Of a stretch of 64,000 nucleotides of DNA, positions 25,616 through 38,014 are shown one piece after another. The DNA is taken from assembly GCA_964452995.1 (NCBI GenBank), contig CAYVOR010000006.1:4395-68394 (forward strand), read 5' to 3'. Position 1 is the first letter of the stretch. Each line of letters opens with the position of its first letter. The DNA comes from an uncultured Thiobacillus sp. GTDB lineage: Bacteria > Pseudomonadota > Gammaproteobacteria > Burkholderiales > Thiobacillaceae. The notes under the pieces were generated by a model. The model saw only the letters and a program-made list of their open reading frames with translations, was not told the origin of the DNA and ran no database searches. Both the position numbers and the translations under genes were made by a program.

Positions 25616-26783
25616 ACGCCTGCAGAAAACGATCGAGTCGTTCCAGGGCTGCAGCCAGGCGTGGGTGCGGCTGGGTGTAGGCAAAGCGGATGTGATGGGC
25701 CGCCGCATGCGAGTCGAAATCGATCCCCGGTGTGGCAGCGATCCCCGCGTCCTCGAGCAAACGGTCGGCCAATGCGTGGCTGTCGGCGGTAAACCGGCTG
25801 CAATCGGCATACAGGTAGAACGCTCCCTGCGGGACGACCGGAATAACGAAGCCGCGCTCGCGCAAGGCGGGCAGCAGAAAATCGCGGCGGCTGCGCAACT
25901 CGGCCTTGCAGGCTTCGAGCATGTCCAGCGTGCTGGGTGTGAATGCCGCCAGTGCCGCGTGCTGCGCCGGGGTGGATGCAGCCAGGAACAGGTTCTGCGC
26001 CAGCCGTTGCAGCGCCGGCATGGCCCAGGCTGGGGCGGCCAGCCAGCCGAGCCGCCAGCCGGTCATCAGGAAGAATTTCGAGAAGCTGTTGATGACGAAG
26101 ACGTCGTCCCAGCGGGCGGCGCTGTGCTCGACGCCGTCGTAGGTCAGCGCCAGATAGATTTCGTCGACGATCAGCGCAACCCCGCGATCCGCGCACCAGG
26201 CATGGATGCGTTCCAGTTCGTTTGCCGCGATGGCGGTGCCGGTGGGATTCGAGGGGCTGGCGATCAGCACGGCACGGGTGTGCGCGCTGGCGTGACGCTC
26301 GATCAGGTCGAGCGTGAGCTGGAAGCCGCTGCGGACATCGACCGGCACGTTCACTGCCCGCGCGTCGCAGAAGCGGGCGAAGTGGCGGTTGCAGGGGTAG
26401 CCGGGATCGGCCATCAGTATCTCGTCGCCCGGACCGGTCAGCAGCCCCAGCGCCAGTAGAAGCGCCCCGGATGCCCCGGGCGTGACGACGACGCGCGCCG
26501 GCTCGACTGCGACCTGCCAGCGTGTCGCATAAAATCCAGCGATGGCCTCGCGCAATTCGGGCAGGCCCAGGGCGCCCGTGTAATGTGTATGGCCGGCGCG
26601 CAGCGCGGCAATGCCGGCCTCGACGATGGGGGGCGGCGTGGCAAAGTCGGGTTCGCCGACTTCGAGATGAATGATGTCACGGCCCGCCGCTTGCAGCGCC
26701 TGCGCCCGCGCCAGGAGATCCATGACATGGAACGGCGCGATGTCGTCGACGCGCGCGGCCGTTTTCAAGGGTTCCGGATTCAT
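25614..26783 (-). CDS. Class I/II PLP-dependent aminotransferase
   Basis: GEPDF, SPSNPTG, VDEIY, INSFSKFFLMTGWRLGW. Confidence 0.93.
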   Translation of the reverse strand: MNPEPLKTAARVDDIAPFHVMDLLARAQALQAAGRDIIHLEVGEPDFATPPPIVEAGIAALRAGHTHYTGALGLPELREAIAGFYATRWQVAVEPARVVVTPGASGALLLALGLLTGPGDEILMADPGYPCNRHFARFCDARAVNVPVDVRSGFQLTLDLIERHASAHTRAVLIASPSNPTGTAIAANELERIHAWCADRGVALIVDEIYLALTYDGVEHSAARWDDVFVINSFSKFFLMTGWRLGWLAAPAWAMPALQRLAQNLFLAASTPAQHAALAAFTPSTLDMLEACKAELRSRRDFLLPALRERGFVIPVVPQGAFYLYADCSRFTADSHALADRLLEDAGIAATPGIDFDSHAAAHHIRFAYTQPHPRLAAALERLDRFLQA

Positions 26784-27553
26784 GTCATCTCGCCTGGGGA
26801 AGGCAGCGGATGCTGGCGATAGAACTGCTGCAGCTGCCGGTAAACGGCAGGGTATTCAGCATTGAGTAATGCCGGCGTTTCAAAAAACACCTCGGTGAGC
26901 ACCGCAAAGAATTCGGCGGGATTGGTGGTCGCATACGGATCGATGGCCGTGTTCTCGCCGGCATCGACGCGGTGGCACAGGTCCGCGTAGGCCGCGCTGA
27001 AATCGCGTGCCCAGGCGGCGGCATCCATGCCGTGATGCAGCGGTGGAAAGCCGTTGGCGTCGCCGTTCAGCATATCGAGTTTGTGAGCGAACTCGTGCAG
27101 CACGACGTTGACGCCATCGGCCCGCCCGCTGTTTTGCACGTCGGCAATCGACAGTACCAGCGGCCCGCCGTGCCAGGATTCGCCTGCCAGGATATCGCGC
27201 GAGTAATGCACCACGCCCGCTGCGTCCATTTCCTCTTGAGGGCGCAGGAATGCGTCGGGATAGAGAATGATCTCGCTCCAGCCACGGTAGCTGCTCTCGC
27301 CAAGATTGAGCGTCAGCAGGCAGGCCTGCAGGGCGATGGCGATCTGGATGGCCCCGTCGACGTCGGCACCGCCTGCCGCAGAAAAGGCCTTGTCGTGAAT
27401 GAACAGGCTGGCGGCTTCGCGCAGGCGCGTCCGTTCCGAGGCATCCAGCCGCTGCAGGATCGGCAGGCTGGCAAGGACGGCCTCGAAATCGGCAGACGGA
27501 ATGGTATGCCGTTTGAGGATGCGGGCACGTCGCCAGTGTCCAAACCAGTTCAT
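26780..27553 (-). CDS. MtfA/M90 family zinc peptidase
   Basis: EIILYP, GESW, NVVLHEFAHKLD, YATTNPAEFFAV. Confidence 0.9.
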   Translation of the reverse strand: MNWFGHWRRARILKRHTIPSADFEAVLASLPILQRLDASERTRLREAASLFIHDKAFSAAGGADVDGAIQIAIALQACLLTLNLGESSYRGWSEIILYPDAFLRPQEEMDAAGVVHYSRDILAGESWHGGPLVLSIADVQNSGRADGVNVVLHEFAHKLDMLNGDANGFPPLHHGMDAAAWARDFSAAYADLCHRVDAGENTAIDPYATTNPAEFFAVLTEVFFETPALLNAEYPAVYRQLQQFYRQHPLPSPGEMT

Positions 27554-27563
27554 GCCCCGGGTT

Positions 27564-28856
27564 TCATTCGTCGGCTTCGGGCAGGCGCGCGCTTGCCGTC
27601 TCCGGGTGCTCGAGTTCAACACGCTCGATCTGGGCGAACCGCTTGCTGATCTTGTCGCTGGAAATGCGCACCTCGCTGACATCCTTGTTGGCGAGATCGA
27701 TATGCGTTGCGAGTTTTTTCATACGCTCGTCGAAACGGGCGAAATCCTTGGCCAGCTTGGATAACTCGTCCTTGATCACATGCGCCATGCGACGCGTTTC
27801 CGAATCGCGGATCACCGCGCGAGCGGTATTGAGTACGGCCATCAGCGTGGTCGGTGAAGTGAGCCAGATGCGTTTCTTCTGTGCGTGTTCGACCAGGTCC
27901 GGATGGTAGGCATGGATCTCGGCAAACACCGCTTCGGCCGGCAGGAACATCACGGCGCCGTCGGAGGTTTCGCCTTCGACGATGTATTTGGCAGCGATGT
28001 CGTCGACGTGTTTTTTGACGTCCGTCTTGAATTGCCGCCGCGAGGCATCGCGTTCGGCTGGCGGCAGGCTGTCGTCGAACATGCGGCTGTAGTTTTCCAG
28101 CGGGAACTTGGAATCGACGCAGACGGTGCCGGTCGGTTCGGGCAGGACTAATACGCAGTCGGCCCGGACGCCGCTTTTCAGCGTGTGCTGAAAGGCATAC
28201 GCGCCGGGTGGCAGGCTGTTCCTGACCAGCGCTTCCAGCTGGACTTCGCCGAATGCGCCGCGCGAGCGTTTGTCACCCAGTATTTCCTGCAGCGAGACGA
28301 CATTGGATGCCAGTCCTTCGATCTTTTTCTGTGCCTCGTCGATGACCGCCAGCCGCGTCATCACCGAGGTGAAGGTATCGTTGGTTTTCTTGAAGCCTTC
28401 ATCGAGGCGCTCGGCGACCTTGCCGGAGATTTCGTTGAGGCGGCCGTCGACCGTCTGCGAAAGCTGCTGCACGCGCTCGTTGAAGTGCGCGGTCATGCCT
28501 TTGAGCGTGTCCTGCAGCAGGCTCTGTTCGGCGCGCCCCTGCTCGATCAGCTTTTCCAGCATCGCCGTCTGGAACTGGGTGAACTGGCCGGTGACGGTTT
28601 CGCGCGTCTCCGCGAGTCGCTCGGTTTGCGAAATCTGCAGGGCTGCCAACTGGTTCTGCATGCGGTCGGACTGCTGCGACAGGCCTGTGTGCAAGTCGGT
28701 CAGTACCGCACGGTGGCGCGCATCCATGTCCTGCGTCAGCAATGCGGGCAATTCGCGTTGTTCGCGCCGCAGCGCATGGAGGCGCAGCAGCAGGAGAACA
28801 GTCGCGAGGATAAGGACGGCAAGGCCGACGAGGAGGCCGATTTCGACAGGTTGCAT
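27564..28856 (-). CDS. rmuC: DNA recombination protein RmuC
   Basis: N-terminal TM, coiled coil, RGAFGEVQLE, VDSKFP, MFLPAE, SPTTL. Confidence 0.93.
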   Translation of the reverse strand: MQPVEIGLLVGLAVLILATVLLLLRLHALRREQRELPALLTQDMDARHRAVLTDLHTGLSQQSDRMQNQLAALQISQTERLAETRETVTGQFTQFQTAMLEKLIEQGRAEQSLLQDTLKGMTAHFNERVQQLSQTVDGRLNEISGKVAERLDEGFKKTNDTFTSVMTRLAVIDEAQKKIEGLASNVVSLQEILGDKRSRGAFGEVQLEALVRNSLPPGAYAFQHTLKSGVRADCVLVLPEPTGTVCVDSKFPLENYSRMFDDSLPPAERDASRRQFKTDVKKHVDDIAAKYIVEGETSDGAVMFLPAEAVFAEIHAYHPDLVEHAQKKRIWLTSPTTLMAVLNTARAVIRDSETRRMAHVIKDELSKLAKDFARFDERMKKLATHIDLANKDVSEVRISSDKISKRFAQIERVELEHPETASARLPEADE

Positions 28857-28882
28857 GGGCGAATTTTACCCGTGGCAGGCGT

Positions 28883-28906
28883 AAAAAACCCGGCTCGCGC
28901 CGGGTT
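28883..28906 (-). terminator. Intrinsic terminator after typA
   Basis: Minus strand AACCCGGC-GCGA-GCCGGGTTTTTT. Confidence 0.85.
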
Positions 28907-28911
28907 GGGGT

Positions 28912-30744
<1,833 letters not shown>

Positions 30745-30774
30745 GATGGCGGCTATGACTCGGGAAAGCCCAGT

Positions 30775-30783
30775 ATTATAACA
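30775..30783 (-). promoter_or_regulatory. Extended -10 promoter of typA
   Basis: Minus strand TG-T-TATAAT about 30 nt upstream of the ATG. Confidence 0.7.
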
Positions 30784-30798
30784 TGGATTATCAACTGT

Positions 30799-32055
30799 CT
30801 ATTGGGCGAGACGGTGCGCGGCCAGTCGGGCGTCGATTCCCTTGATGACGCGCTGGTAGCGTGTGCTGCCGATGGGACCGAAGCGGCGGTCGAATTCGTT
30901 CTGTGGCATGAACTCGGGCAGGTCGCGGAAATCGGGCATCAGGTCGTCATCGCTGCGGGCGGCGGCGAGCAACTGTCGCACCTGGTCGGCGGCATCGCCC
31001 GTTGCGCGCGTGCCCAGTTTTACGCCGGCGCGATCGCTGGCCAGATCGGTGAAGCTGAAACCCGACCCCCGCTTTGCGTCTTCCTCTTCTTTTATCAGGC
31101 CGATGGCGTTGGCCAGACGGCTGCCGCCGTTAGCCGACAATGCGGCGGAAATCACGAAATGCTCGGCGAAGTCGCGCCGTCCGTGCAGCGACAGCAGCAC
31201 GCGCGGCGCCCGGCGGAACGAGTGGCTGTCGCCTTCCAGCAGCCTGGGCAGGCTGATCCCGCCCAGATAGGCGGCCAGCGCGGTGAGCGCGGCGCGGTTT
31301 TCCTCGCGCGCGTCGCGGCCGGTCTGCGGGTCATGGGCAAACAGCGGGCCCATGATGCTCACCAGCGGTACCGTGCTGCGGTGCGGATGAGGCTTCAGCA
31401 GGGTATCCAGTCGTTCGGCATAGGCCAGCATGCGGGTCTGGTCTTGCGGCGCGATCAGCAACTCCGCGCTTTTGCGTTCGACCTGGGTCAGCAGTTCGGG
31501 ACGCCAGCGGTAATCCAGGGTGGCCTGGTTTTCGTCGAAGCGCACCTGGCTGAACGCATCGGCCAGCGCGGCATAGGTTTTGTCGCGACGCAATGCGTGA
31601 TGCACCAGGCGCGCCGTCCAGTCGGCCAGCGCGCCGGGCAGCGGCAGACTGCCGAGCCGCAGGCTCTGGATGCGGATGCCACGGGGTATCTCGGCGACGA
31701 TGGCGGTAATGTTGAGATAGCGCCCGAACGGATTCGGCGGAACGGTCAGCGTGGCGGTGAGCGTGGCCAGTCCGGGCGTGAGTTCGGCGGCAATACCGCT
31801 GACGCGGCGCAGTTCAACGGCGTAGTTGAGCAGTCGGTCGAGTTCGGACTCGTCCAGCAAGATGCTCTGGACCACGTCGGGCGTCTGGCCGCGCGGATCG
31901 TGCTTATCGAGCAGCGACTTGATCCAGGCGAGGTCGGCGCGGCGGAATTGCGCGGGCGGTTCGATCGCCGGCGCGTCATCCAGCATCAGCCAGGGCAGCA
32001 CGACAAGTGCAGCCAGCACGACAAGCAGGCTTCCCCAGGCGATCAGTCGTTTCAT
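30799..32055 (-). CDS. Membrane-anchored conserved hypothetical protein
   Basis: N-terminal TM; C-terminal DFAEHF..KEEED..GSGFSFTDLASDRAG. Confidence 0.75.
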   Translation of the reverse strand: MKRLIAWGSLLVVLAALVVLPWLMLDDAPAIEPPAQFRRADLAWIKSLLDKHDPRGQTPDVVQSILLDESELDRLLNYAVELRRVSGIAAELTPGLATLTATLTVPPNPFGRYLNITAIVAEIPRGIRIQSLRLGSLPLPGALADWTARLVHHALRRDKTYAALADAFSQVRFDENQATLDYRWRPELLTQVERKSAELLIAPQDQTRMLAYAERLDTLLKPHPHRSTVPLVSIMGPLFAHDPQTGRDAREENRAALTALAAYLGGISLPRLLEGDSHSFRRAPRVLLSLHGRRDFAEHFVISAALSANGGSRLANAIGLIKEEEDAKRGSGFSFTDLASDRAGVKLGTRATGDAADQVRQLLAAARSDDDLMPDFRDLPEFMPQNEFDRRFGPIGSTRYQRVIKGIDARLAAHRLAQ

Positions 32056-32071
32056 CTTTATCCGACCCTGA

Positions 32072-32452
32072 TCATCCGGGCTGGTTGCGCATGAAGTCGG
32101 CCGTCTTGAAGAATGCGGCCGTCAATTCCTGTTGCAGGGCGGCATCCAGTTCCACGTCCTGCATCGCGCGAATCATGCAGCCCATCCACTGGTCGCGTTC
32201 GGCTTCGCCGATGGCAAAGGGCTGATGACGTCGCCGCAGGGCGGGGTGGCCGAAGCGGTCGGTGTATTCCGGCGGGCCGCCCGTCCATCCCGAAAGAAAC
32301 CAGACCAGCTTGTTGCGCGATTCGGTGAGATCGGCCGGATGCAGCTTGCGGATGCCGTAATAGTCCGGATCTTCATCCATCAAATCGTAAAACCGGTCGA
32401 CCAGTTGACGAAGGGTCTCGCCTCCACCCAGGCGCTCGTAATGCGTTTGCAT
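32072..32452 (-). CDS. Group II truncated hemoglobin
   Basis: YERLGG..LVDRFY, FLSGWTGGP.EY..GHPALRRRH, ERDQW. Confidence 0.93.
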   Translation of the reverse strand: MQTHYERLGGGETLRQLVDRFYDLMDEDPDYYGIRKLHPADLTESRNKLVWFLSGWTGGPPEYTDRFGHPALRRRHQPFAIGEAERDQWMGCMIRAMQDVELDAALQQELTAAFFKTADFMRNQPG

Positions 32453-32455
32453 CGT

Positions 32456-33652
32456 TCAGACTTTCTCCGGTTTGATGGCGGCTGCGGCCGATCTGGCGCG
32501 CTCGCGGGCGTGCTCGGGGGTGTCCGCCGTGGCCAGCGCCACCCCCATGCGGCGACGGGCGAAGGCCTGCGGTTTGCCAAACAGGCGGATGTCGACGCCG
32601 GGCATGGCCAGTGCATCGGCGACGCCGTCGAACACGACACCCGCCGCGTCCATGCCGCCATAGATCACCGCCGAGGCGCCGGGTTCACGCAGCGCGACGT
32701 CGACCGGCAGACCGAGGATGGCGCGCGCGTGCAGCTCGAATTCGTTCTGCCGTTGCGTTGCCATCGTCACCATGCCGGTGTCGTGCGGGCGTGGGCTGAC
32801 TTCGGAGAACCACACCGCGTCGCCCTTGACGAACAGTTCCACGCCGAACACGCCGCATCCGCCGAGGTTGCCCGTGACGGCGGTTGCGATGTCCCGGGCG
32901 CGTTGCAGCGCGCCGTCGGACATCGCCTGCGGCTGCCACGATTCGACGTAGTCGCCGTCCACCTGCAGATGGCCGATAGGCGCGCAGAAATGGGTTTCGA
33001 TGTCGCCCGAGGCGTTGCGTGCACGTACGGTCAACAGCGTGATTTCGTAGTCAAAATCAATCGCGCCCTCGACGGCGACGCGGCCCTTGTCCACCCGACT
33101 GCCGCTGGCGGCGTACGCCCAGGCGGCCTGCAACTGGCTCGCGTCGTCGACCTTCGATTGCCCCTTGCCGGACGACGACATCAGCGGCTTGACGAATACC
33201 GGATACCCCAGTTTTTCCGTGGCGGCCGTCATCTCCGCCAGGCTGTCGGCGAACACATAGGGCGAAGTCGGCAGCTTGAGTGTTTCGGCGACCAGCCGGC
33301 GGATGCCTTCGCGATTCATGGTGAGGTTGGCGGCACGTGCGGTAGGGATGACCACGGCCAGGCCTTCGGCCTCGATTTCCAGCAGGGTCTCGGTGGCAAT
33401 GGCCTCGATTTCGGGCACGATCAACTGCGGTTTTTCGGTCTCGATCAGCGCACGCAACGCCAGTCGGTCGCTCATGTCGGTCACATAGGCCCGATGCGCA
33501 ACCTGGTGACCGGGTGCATTGACGTAGCGGTCGACGGCGATGACTTCGACGCCCAGACGCTGCAGCGCGATGATGACTTCCTTGCCGAGTTCGCCCGCGC
33601 CCAGCAGCATGACGCGGGTGGCGGAAGGGGAGAGCGGGGTGCCGAGTCGCAT
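32456..33652 (-). CDS. purT: Formate-dependent phosphoribosylglycinamide formyltransferase
   Basis: [43 protein letters not shown]. Confidence 0.97.
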   Translation of the reverse strand: MRLGTPLSPSATRVMLLGAGELGKEVIIALQRLGVEVIAVDRYVNAPGHQVAHRAYVTDMSDRLALRALIETEKPQLIVPEIEAIATETLLEIEAEGLAVVIPTARAANLTMNREGIRRLVAETLKLPTSPYVFADSLAEMTAATEKLGYPVFVKPLMSSSGKGQSKVDDASQLQAAWAYAASGSRVDKGRVAVEGAIDFDYEITLLTVRARNASGDIETHFCAPIGHLQVDGDYVESWQPQAMSDGALQRARDIATAVTGNLGGCGVFGVELFVKGDAVWFSEVSPRPHDTGMVTMATQRQNEFELHARAILGLPVDVALREPGASAVIYGGMDAAGVVFDGVADALAMPGVDIRLFGKPQAFARRRMGVALATADTPEHARERARSAAAAIKPEKV

Positions 33653-33694
33653 AGGACAAACCAGTCAAACCGGAAAAGCCGATTTTACCGTGGC

Positions 33695-35275
33695 TTACAG
33701 GTATTCCTCGAGCGGCAGCATTCGCAGCAGGTCCAGCAGGCCGCGCTGGATCGGCGTGGAGTCGGGCTCCCGGTCGAACGTGCGCGCGATGCCCTGGTGA
33801 ACGTCGGTCCATTGCAGTCGTTTCACGACTTTGCGGTCGATGGTTTCGACGACAAGTCGCGGCCGGTAGCTGCGTTCGGGTCGCATGGCGTTCTCGACCA
33901 TGTCGGTGACTTCACGCGCAAGCTCGGGTGAATGGATCACCAGGCCCATTTCGGTATTGAGCAGGGCCGAACGCGGATCGAAATTGAAGCTGCCGATGAA
34001 CACATGTTCGTCATCGAACACGAAGGTCTTGATATGCAGACTGGCACGCGACGATCCACCGGGGAGGTCGCGCAAGCGGCCACCGATATGCTCGGCCAGC
34101 GGTTTCAGCTCATAGAGGTTGACGCCGGCTTCCAATAGCGGAATGCGGTAGTTGGCATAACCGGCATGCACGATCGGTACGTCGCTGGCGGCGTAGGCGT
34201 TGGTCAGGACGTCGGTCTGGACGCCCTGGCCACGCCAGTATTTGAAATAGGCCATGCCCGCGGCGCCCGGTACGAAATAAGGCGACACGATGAGGGCGTG
34301 CCGGGTGGGGTTGACCCAGAGAGCGGCGACCTGGCCGACCAGCAGCCTGGAAGGCGACTTGTTGTGTTTGAGTACTTTTCCGGGGGGGTCGACGACGAGA
34401 TCGGCGCGAGCAATGTGCCAGGGTGTGTCGCCCTTCAGCAGCCCGGGAACGGGATCGGCGGCGGTCAACGCGCGGCCAAATGCGCTGTCGAGCTGCTCGG
34501 CGCGGAACTGATACAAGCGTTGGGTAGTACGTTGCAGTCGTTTGTTGCTGGGCGCGATCGGCAGGGCGGAAGCGGGTACGGCCGCCACGCTGTTCCAGTA
34601 GTCATCGAATGATTGCGACAGGGCATGGACGATGGCGCCGGCAGCGATGACATCGAGGTCGATGAAGGCGAGGTCGCGATTGGCGCCGAAATATTCGTCG
34701 CCGATATTGCGCCCGCCCGTGATGCCGACCTGGCTGTCGGCGATGAAGACCTTGTTGTGCATGCGACGGTTGAGGCGGACGCTTTCGCGCAAGGCCTCCC
34801 AACCCCGGACCAACAGGTTGGTGCTGCGGGTGTGGAACGGATTGAACAGCCGCACCTGGATATTGGGATGGGCATTCAGCGTGGCGAGCCCCAGTTCCTT
34901 GTCGGCGGTGTCGATGTCGTCGATCAGCAGGCGCACGCGTACGCCGCGGTCGGCAGCGGCCAGCAGCGAAGCAGCGACCATTTTTCCGGTGGTGTCGTTG
35001 TGGAACAGGTAATACTGCACATCCAGCGTACGGGTGGCGCGCTGCGCCAGCGTCAGCCGGGCGGCCAGGGCCGCATGGCCGCTCTTGAGCAGATGAAACC
35101 CCGACTCGTCGGGCGGGATCCGGGCGGCCGTCTGGGTTTTCAACGGCGTGTCGACCTGGCTGGACAGCGCCTGCGACGGCAGGCGCCGGGCGTCGAGATT
35201 GAGCGTGGACGCACAGCCGGCCAGCAGCAACGCAAGCAGGCCGACGCAGATCAACGAATCAGGTCGGGTGTGCAT
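33695..35275 (-). CDS. Phospholipase D family lipoprotein (ClsC/YmdC-like)
   Basis: Lipobox LAGC; two HKD motifs, HNKVFIAD and HIKTFVFD. Confidence 0.9.
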   Translation of the reverse strand: MHTRPDSLICVGLLALLLAGCASTLNLDARRLPSQALSSQVDTPLKTQTAARIPPDESGFHLLKSGHAALAARLTLAQRATRTLDVQYYLFHNDTTGKMVAASLLAAADRGVRVRLLIDDIDTADKELGLATLNAHPNIQVRLFNPFHTRSTNLLVRGWEALRESVRLNRRMHNKVFIADSQVGITGGRNIGDEYFGANRDLAFIDLDVIAAGAIVHALSQSFDDYWNSVAAVPASALPIAPSNKRLQRTTQRLYQFRAEQLDSAFGRALTAADPVPGLLKGDTPWHIARADLVVDPPGKVLKHNKSPSRLLVGQVAALWVNPTRHALIVSPYFVPGAAGMAYFKYWRGQGVQTDVLTNAYAASDVPIVHAGYANYRIPLLEAGVNLYELKPLAEHIGGRLRDLPGGSSRASLHIKTFVFDDEHVFIGSFNFDPRSALLNTEMGLVIHSPELAREVTDMVENAMRPERSYRPRLVVETIDRKVVKRLQWTDVHQGIARTFDREPDSTPIQRGLLDLLRMLPLEEYL

Positions 35276-35819
35276 CCAGCCGTTGCCAGGCGAAATGGGG
35301 GCCGGGATCGGTCTTGCGGCCCGGCGCGATGTCGCTGTGACCCACCACCGCCTGGATCGGGTAGGTCGCTTTCAGCGTGTTCAGCAGAGGCGTCAGCGTC
35401 GCATACTGCGCCTCGGTGAACGGCAGGTCGTCGCTGCCTTCCAGTTCGACGCCGATGGAAAAGTCGTTGCAGCGTTCGCGTCCCTGCCAGGTCGATGTGC
35501 CTGCGTGCCAGGCGCGCAATGTGCAGGGCACGAACTGGATCAGGCTGCCGTCGCGGCGGATGAGGAAATGTGCCGACACCTCGAGGCCGCGTATGCCCTG
35601 GTAGTAGGAGTGCGCGTCCCAGTCGAGCCGGTTGGTAAACAGATCGATTACCGCATCGCCGTCGAACTGGCCCGGCGGCAGCGAAATGTTGTGGAGGACG
35701 ATGAGTTCGATCGCCGTGCCCGGCGGACGTTCATCGCAATTGGGCGAAGGCAGGTGGCGCGCGCCGATGAGCCAGCCGGCGGCGTCGAGGTCGCGTGGAG
35801 GCGAAGCGGAAATCGACAT
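35259..35819 (-). CDS. ampD: 1,6-anhydro-N-acetylmuramyl-L-alanine amidase
   Basis: LHNISLPPG, VSAHFLI, RAWHAG, GHSDIAPGRKTDPG. Confidence 0.95.
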   Translation of the reverse strand: MSISASPPRDLDAAGWLIGARHLPSPNCDERPPGTAIELIVLHNISLPPGQFDGDAVIDLFTNRLDWDAHSYYQGIRGLEVSAHFLIRRDGSLIQFVPCTLRAWHAGTSTWQGRERCNDFSIGVELEGSDDLPFTEAQYATLTPLLNTLKATYPIQAVVGHSDIAPGRKTDPGPHFAWQRLDAHPT

Positions 35820-35961
35820 GATGCAAGCTTACTCGACCCGCGCAAAGTCTGGAAACCTCGCCTGTATCCCTTGACGCGCGGGTGTTGTCACGTGAACGGC
35901 ATACAGCCACAGCCTGCCGCTTGCGGGTAGACTGCCGGTTTTCCAGGAATCCGGGTGCGAT

Positions 35962-36507
35962 ATGACACGCTTGGACGCGCAACATCTGCTGGACCATGCC
36001 GAGCGCATAGCATCGGAGGAAGACGTGCAGGCCGTGCTTGATCGCCTGGCCGGTGAAATTACGCAGGCGCTGGGCAACACGTTCCCGCTGGTGCTGGCCG
36101 TCATGGGCGGGGCAGTGGTGTTCGCCGGCCAGTTGCTGCCACGGCTGCGCTTCCCGATGGAGTTCGATTACCTGCATGTCACCCGCTATCGCGGCAAGAC
36201 CGAGGGTGGCGAAGTGGAGTGGCGCGTCCTGCCCGGGCAGAACGTGATCGACCGCCATGTGCTGGTGCTGGACGATATCCTGGACGAAGGCGAAACCCTC
36301 GCCGCGATCCGCGACAAGCTTCTGCACATGGGGGCATCACACATCTGGTCGGCGGTGCTGACCAACAAGGACAACGGACTGGACAAGCCGATCCAGGCCG
36401 ATTTTGTAGGACTGAACGTGCCCAACCGCTATGTGTTCGGGTGTGGCATGGATGCTTACGGGCTATGGCGCAATCTGCCGGCCATTTACGCTTTAAAGGA
36501 CAAATAA
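35962..36507 (+). CDS. hpt: Hypoxanthine-guanine phosphoribosyltransferase
   Basis: VLVLDDILDEGETL, YVFGCGMD..WRNLP. Confidence 0.92.
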   Translation: MTRLDAQHLLDHAERIASEEDVQAVLDRLAGEITQALGNTFPLVLAVMGGAVVFAGQLLPRLRFPMEFDYLHVTRYRGKTEGGEVEWRVLPGQNVIDRHVLVLDDILDEGETLAAIRDKLLHMGASHIWSAVLTNKDNGLDKPIQADFVGLNVPNRYVFGCGMDAYGLWRNLPAIYALKDK

Positions 36508-36508
36508 C

Positions 36509-37270
36509 ATGCTGGGCATCATCGGCGGTACCGGTCTCACCCAACTGGCCAATCTGGAAATCACCCACCGCCAGGTGGCGCGCACGCCTTACGGCGAGCC
36601 TTCGGGCGCCCTCACCTTCGGCCGCATCTGCGGGCAGGAGGTGATCTTCCTGGCGCGCCACGGCTATGGCCATACCATCCCGCCGCACGAAGTCAACTAT
36701 CGTGCCAACCTGTGGGCGCTGAAGGATCATGGTGTCGACCGCGTGGTGTCGGTGGCCACGGTCGGCGGCATCCATCCCGACCTGATTCCGGGCACGCTGG
36801 CCATTCCCGACCAGATCATCGACTACACGCACGGCCGCGCCGCGACGTTTTTTGTCGGGACCGACAAGGCGGTCGTTCATCTCGATTTCACCACGCCCTA
36901 TTGCGACGCCATGCGTTCGGCGCTGCTGCAGGCCGCGACCGGCGCCGGCATCAGCCTGCGCGACGGTGGCGTCTACGGCGCCGTGCAGGGGCCGCGCCTG
37001 GAGACGGCCGCCGAAATCAACCGCCTGGAGCGCGACGGTGTCGACATGGTGGGCATGACCGGCATGCCGGAAGCCTATCTGGCGCGCGAACTGGCACTCT
37101 GCTACGCGACGGTGGGCGCGGTGGTCAATCATGCCGCCGGTCGCGGACTGTCGGCCGGCGGCATCCATATGGGCGAAATCCAGGCTGTACTGGGCGAAGT
37201 GATGCTGCAGGTGCGGCATCTGCTGGAACAACTGGTGACCAATGACGCGGCTGGATTGTGCGCGTTCTGA
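36509..37270 (+). CDS. S-methyl-5'-thioinosine/MTA phosphorylase
   Basis: GIIGGTG, TPYG, RHG..H..PPHEVNYRAN, GPRLET, VGMT; VVNHAAG suggests 6-oxopurine (MTI) specificity. Confidence 0.88.
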   Translation: MLGIIGGTGLTQLANLEITHRQVARTPYGEPSGALTFGRICGQEVIFLARHGYGHTIPPHEVNYRANLWALKDHGVDRVVSVATVGGIHPDLIPGTLAIPDQIIDYTHGRAATFFVGTDKAVVHLDFTTPYCDAMRSALLQAATGAGISLRDGGVYGAVQGPRLETAAEINRLERDGVDMVGMTGMPEAYLARELALCYATVGAVVNHAAGRGLSAGGIHMGEIQAVLGEVMLQVRHLLEQLVTNDAAGLCAF

Positions 37271-37291
37271 GCATGGGATGAAACGGGCCGC

Positions 37292-38014
37292 ATGAAACTT
37301 TATCGCGCCCTGCAGTCGCAGGGGTTCGGTTCACGCAAGGGCTGTGTGGCGCAGGTGCGTGCGGGCGCGGTCGCGGTCAACGGGGCGGTCTGCGACGATC
37401 CTGAAGCCGAAGTCGATCCGGCAGGGCTGGAACTGACCCTCGACGGCGTGACCTGGACGTTTCGCGAAAAGGCCTACGTATTGATGCACAAGCCGGCTGG
37501 CTACGAGTGCTCGCATCATCCCCGCCACCACCCCAGCGTGTTTTCCCTGTTGCCGCCGCCGCTGTTGCAGCGCGGGCTGCAGTGCGTGGGACGGCTCGAC
37601 CAGGACACCACCGGCCTGCTGCTGTTTTCCGACGACGGCCAGTTCATCCACCGCATGATTTCGCCGAAGAAAGGCATCGCCAAGGTCTACCGCGCCGCCT
37701 GTGCCGAGCCCGTGACCGATGCCATGCTGGATGCCCTGCGTCAAGGCGTGGCGCTGAATGACGAACCGGCGCCGATCGCGGCGCTGGCCTGCGACCGGCT
37801 CGATACAACCACGCTGCGCCTGACGCTTGCCGAGGGCAAGTATCATCAGGTCAAGCGCATGGTCGCGGCGACCGGCAACCGGGTCGAAACACTGCATCGC
37901 GAAGCCATTGGCGGCCATGCGCTGCCTGACGACCTGCCGTCCGGTGGCTGGCGCTGGCTCGACGCCGCCGACCTGCAACGACTGGAGCAGCCATGGCCAT
38001 CCGCGAAGTCCTGA
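37292..38014 (+). CDS. 16S rRNA pseudouridine synthase (RsuA family)
   Basis: S4 domain, [21 protein letters not shown]. Confidence 0.9.
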   Translation: MKLYRALQSQGFGSRKGCVAQVRAGAVAVNGAVCDDPEAEVDPAGLELTLDGVTWTFREKAYVLMHKPAGYECSHHPRHHPSVFSLLPPPLLQRGLQCVGRLDQDTTGLLLFSDDGQFIHRMISPKKGIAKVYRAACAEPVTDAMLDALRQGVALNDEPAPIAALACDRLDTTTLRLTLAEGKYHQVKRMVAATGNRVETLHREAIGGHALPDDLPSGGWRWLDAADLQRLEQPWPSAKS

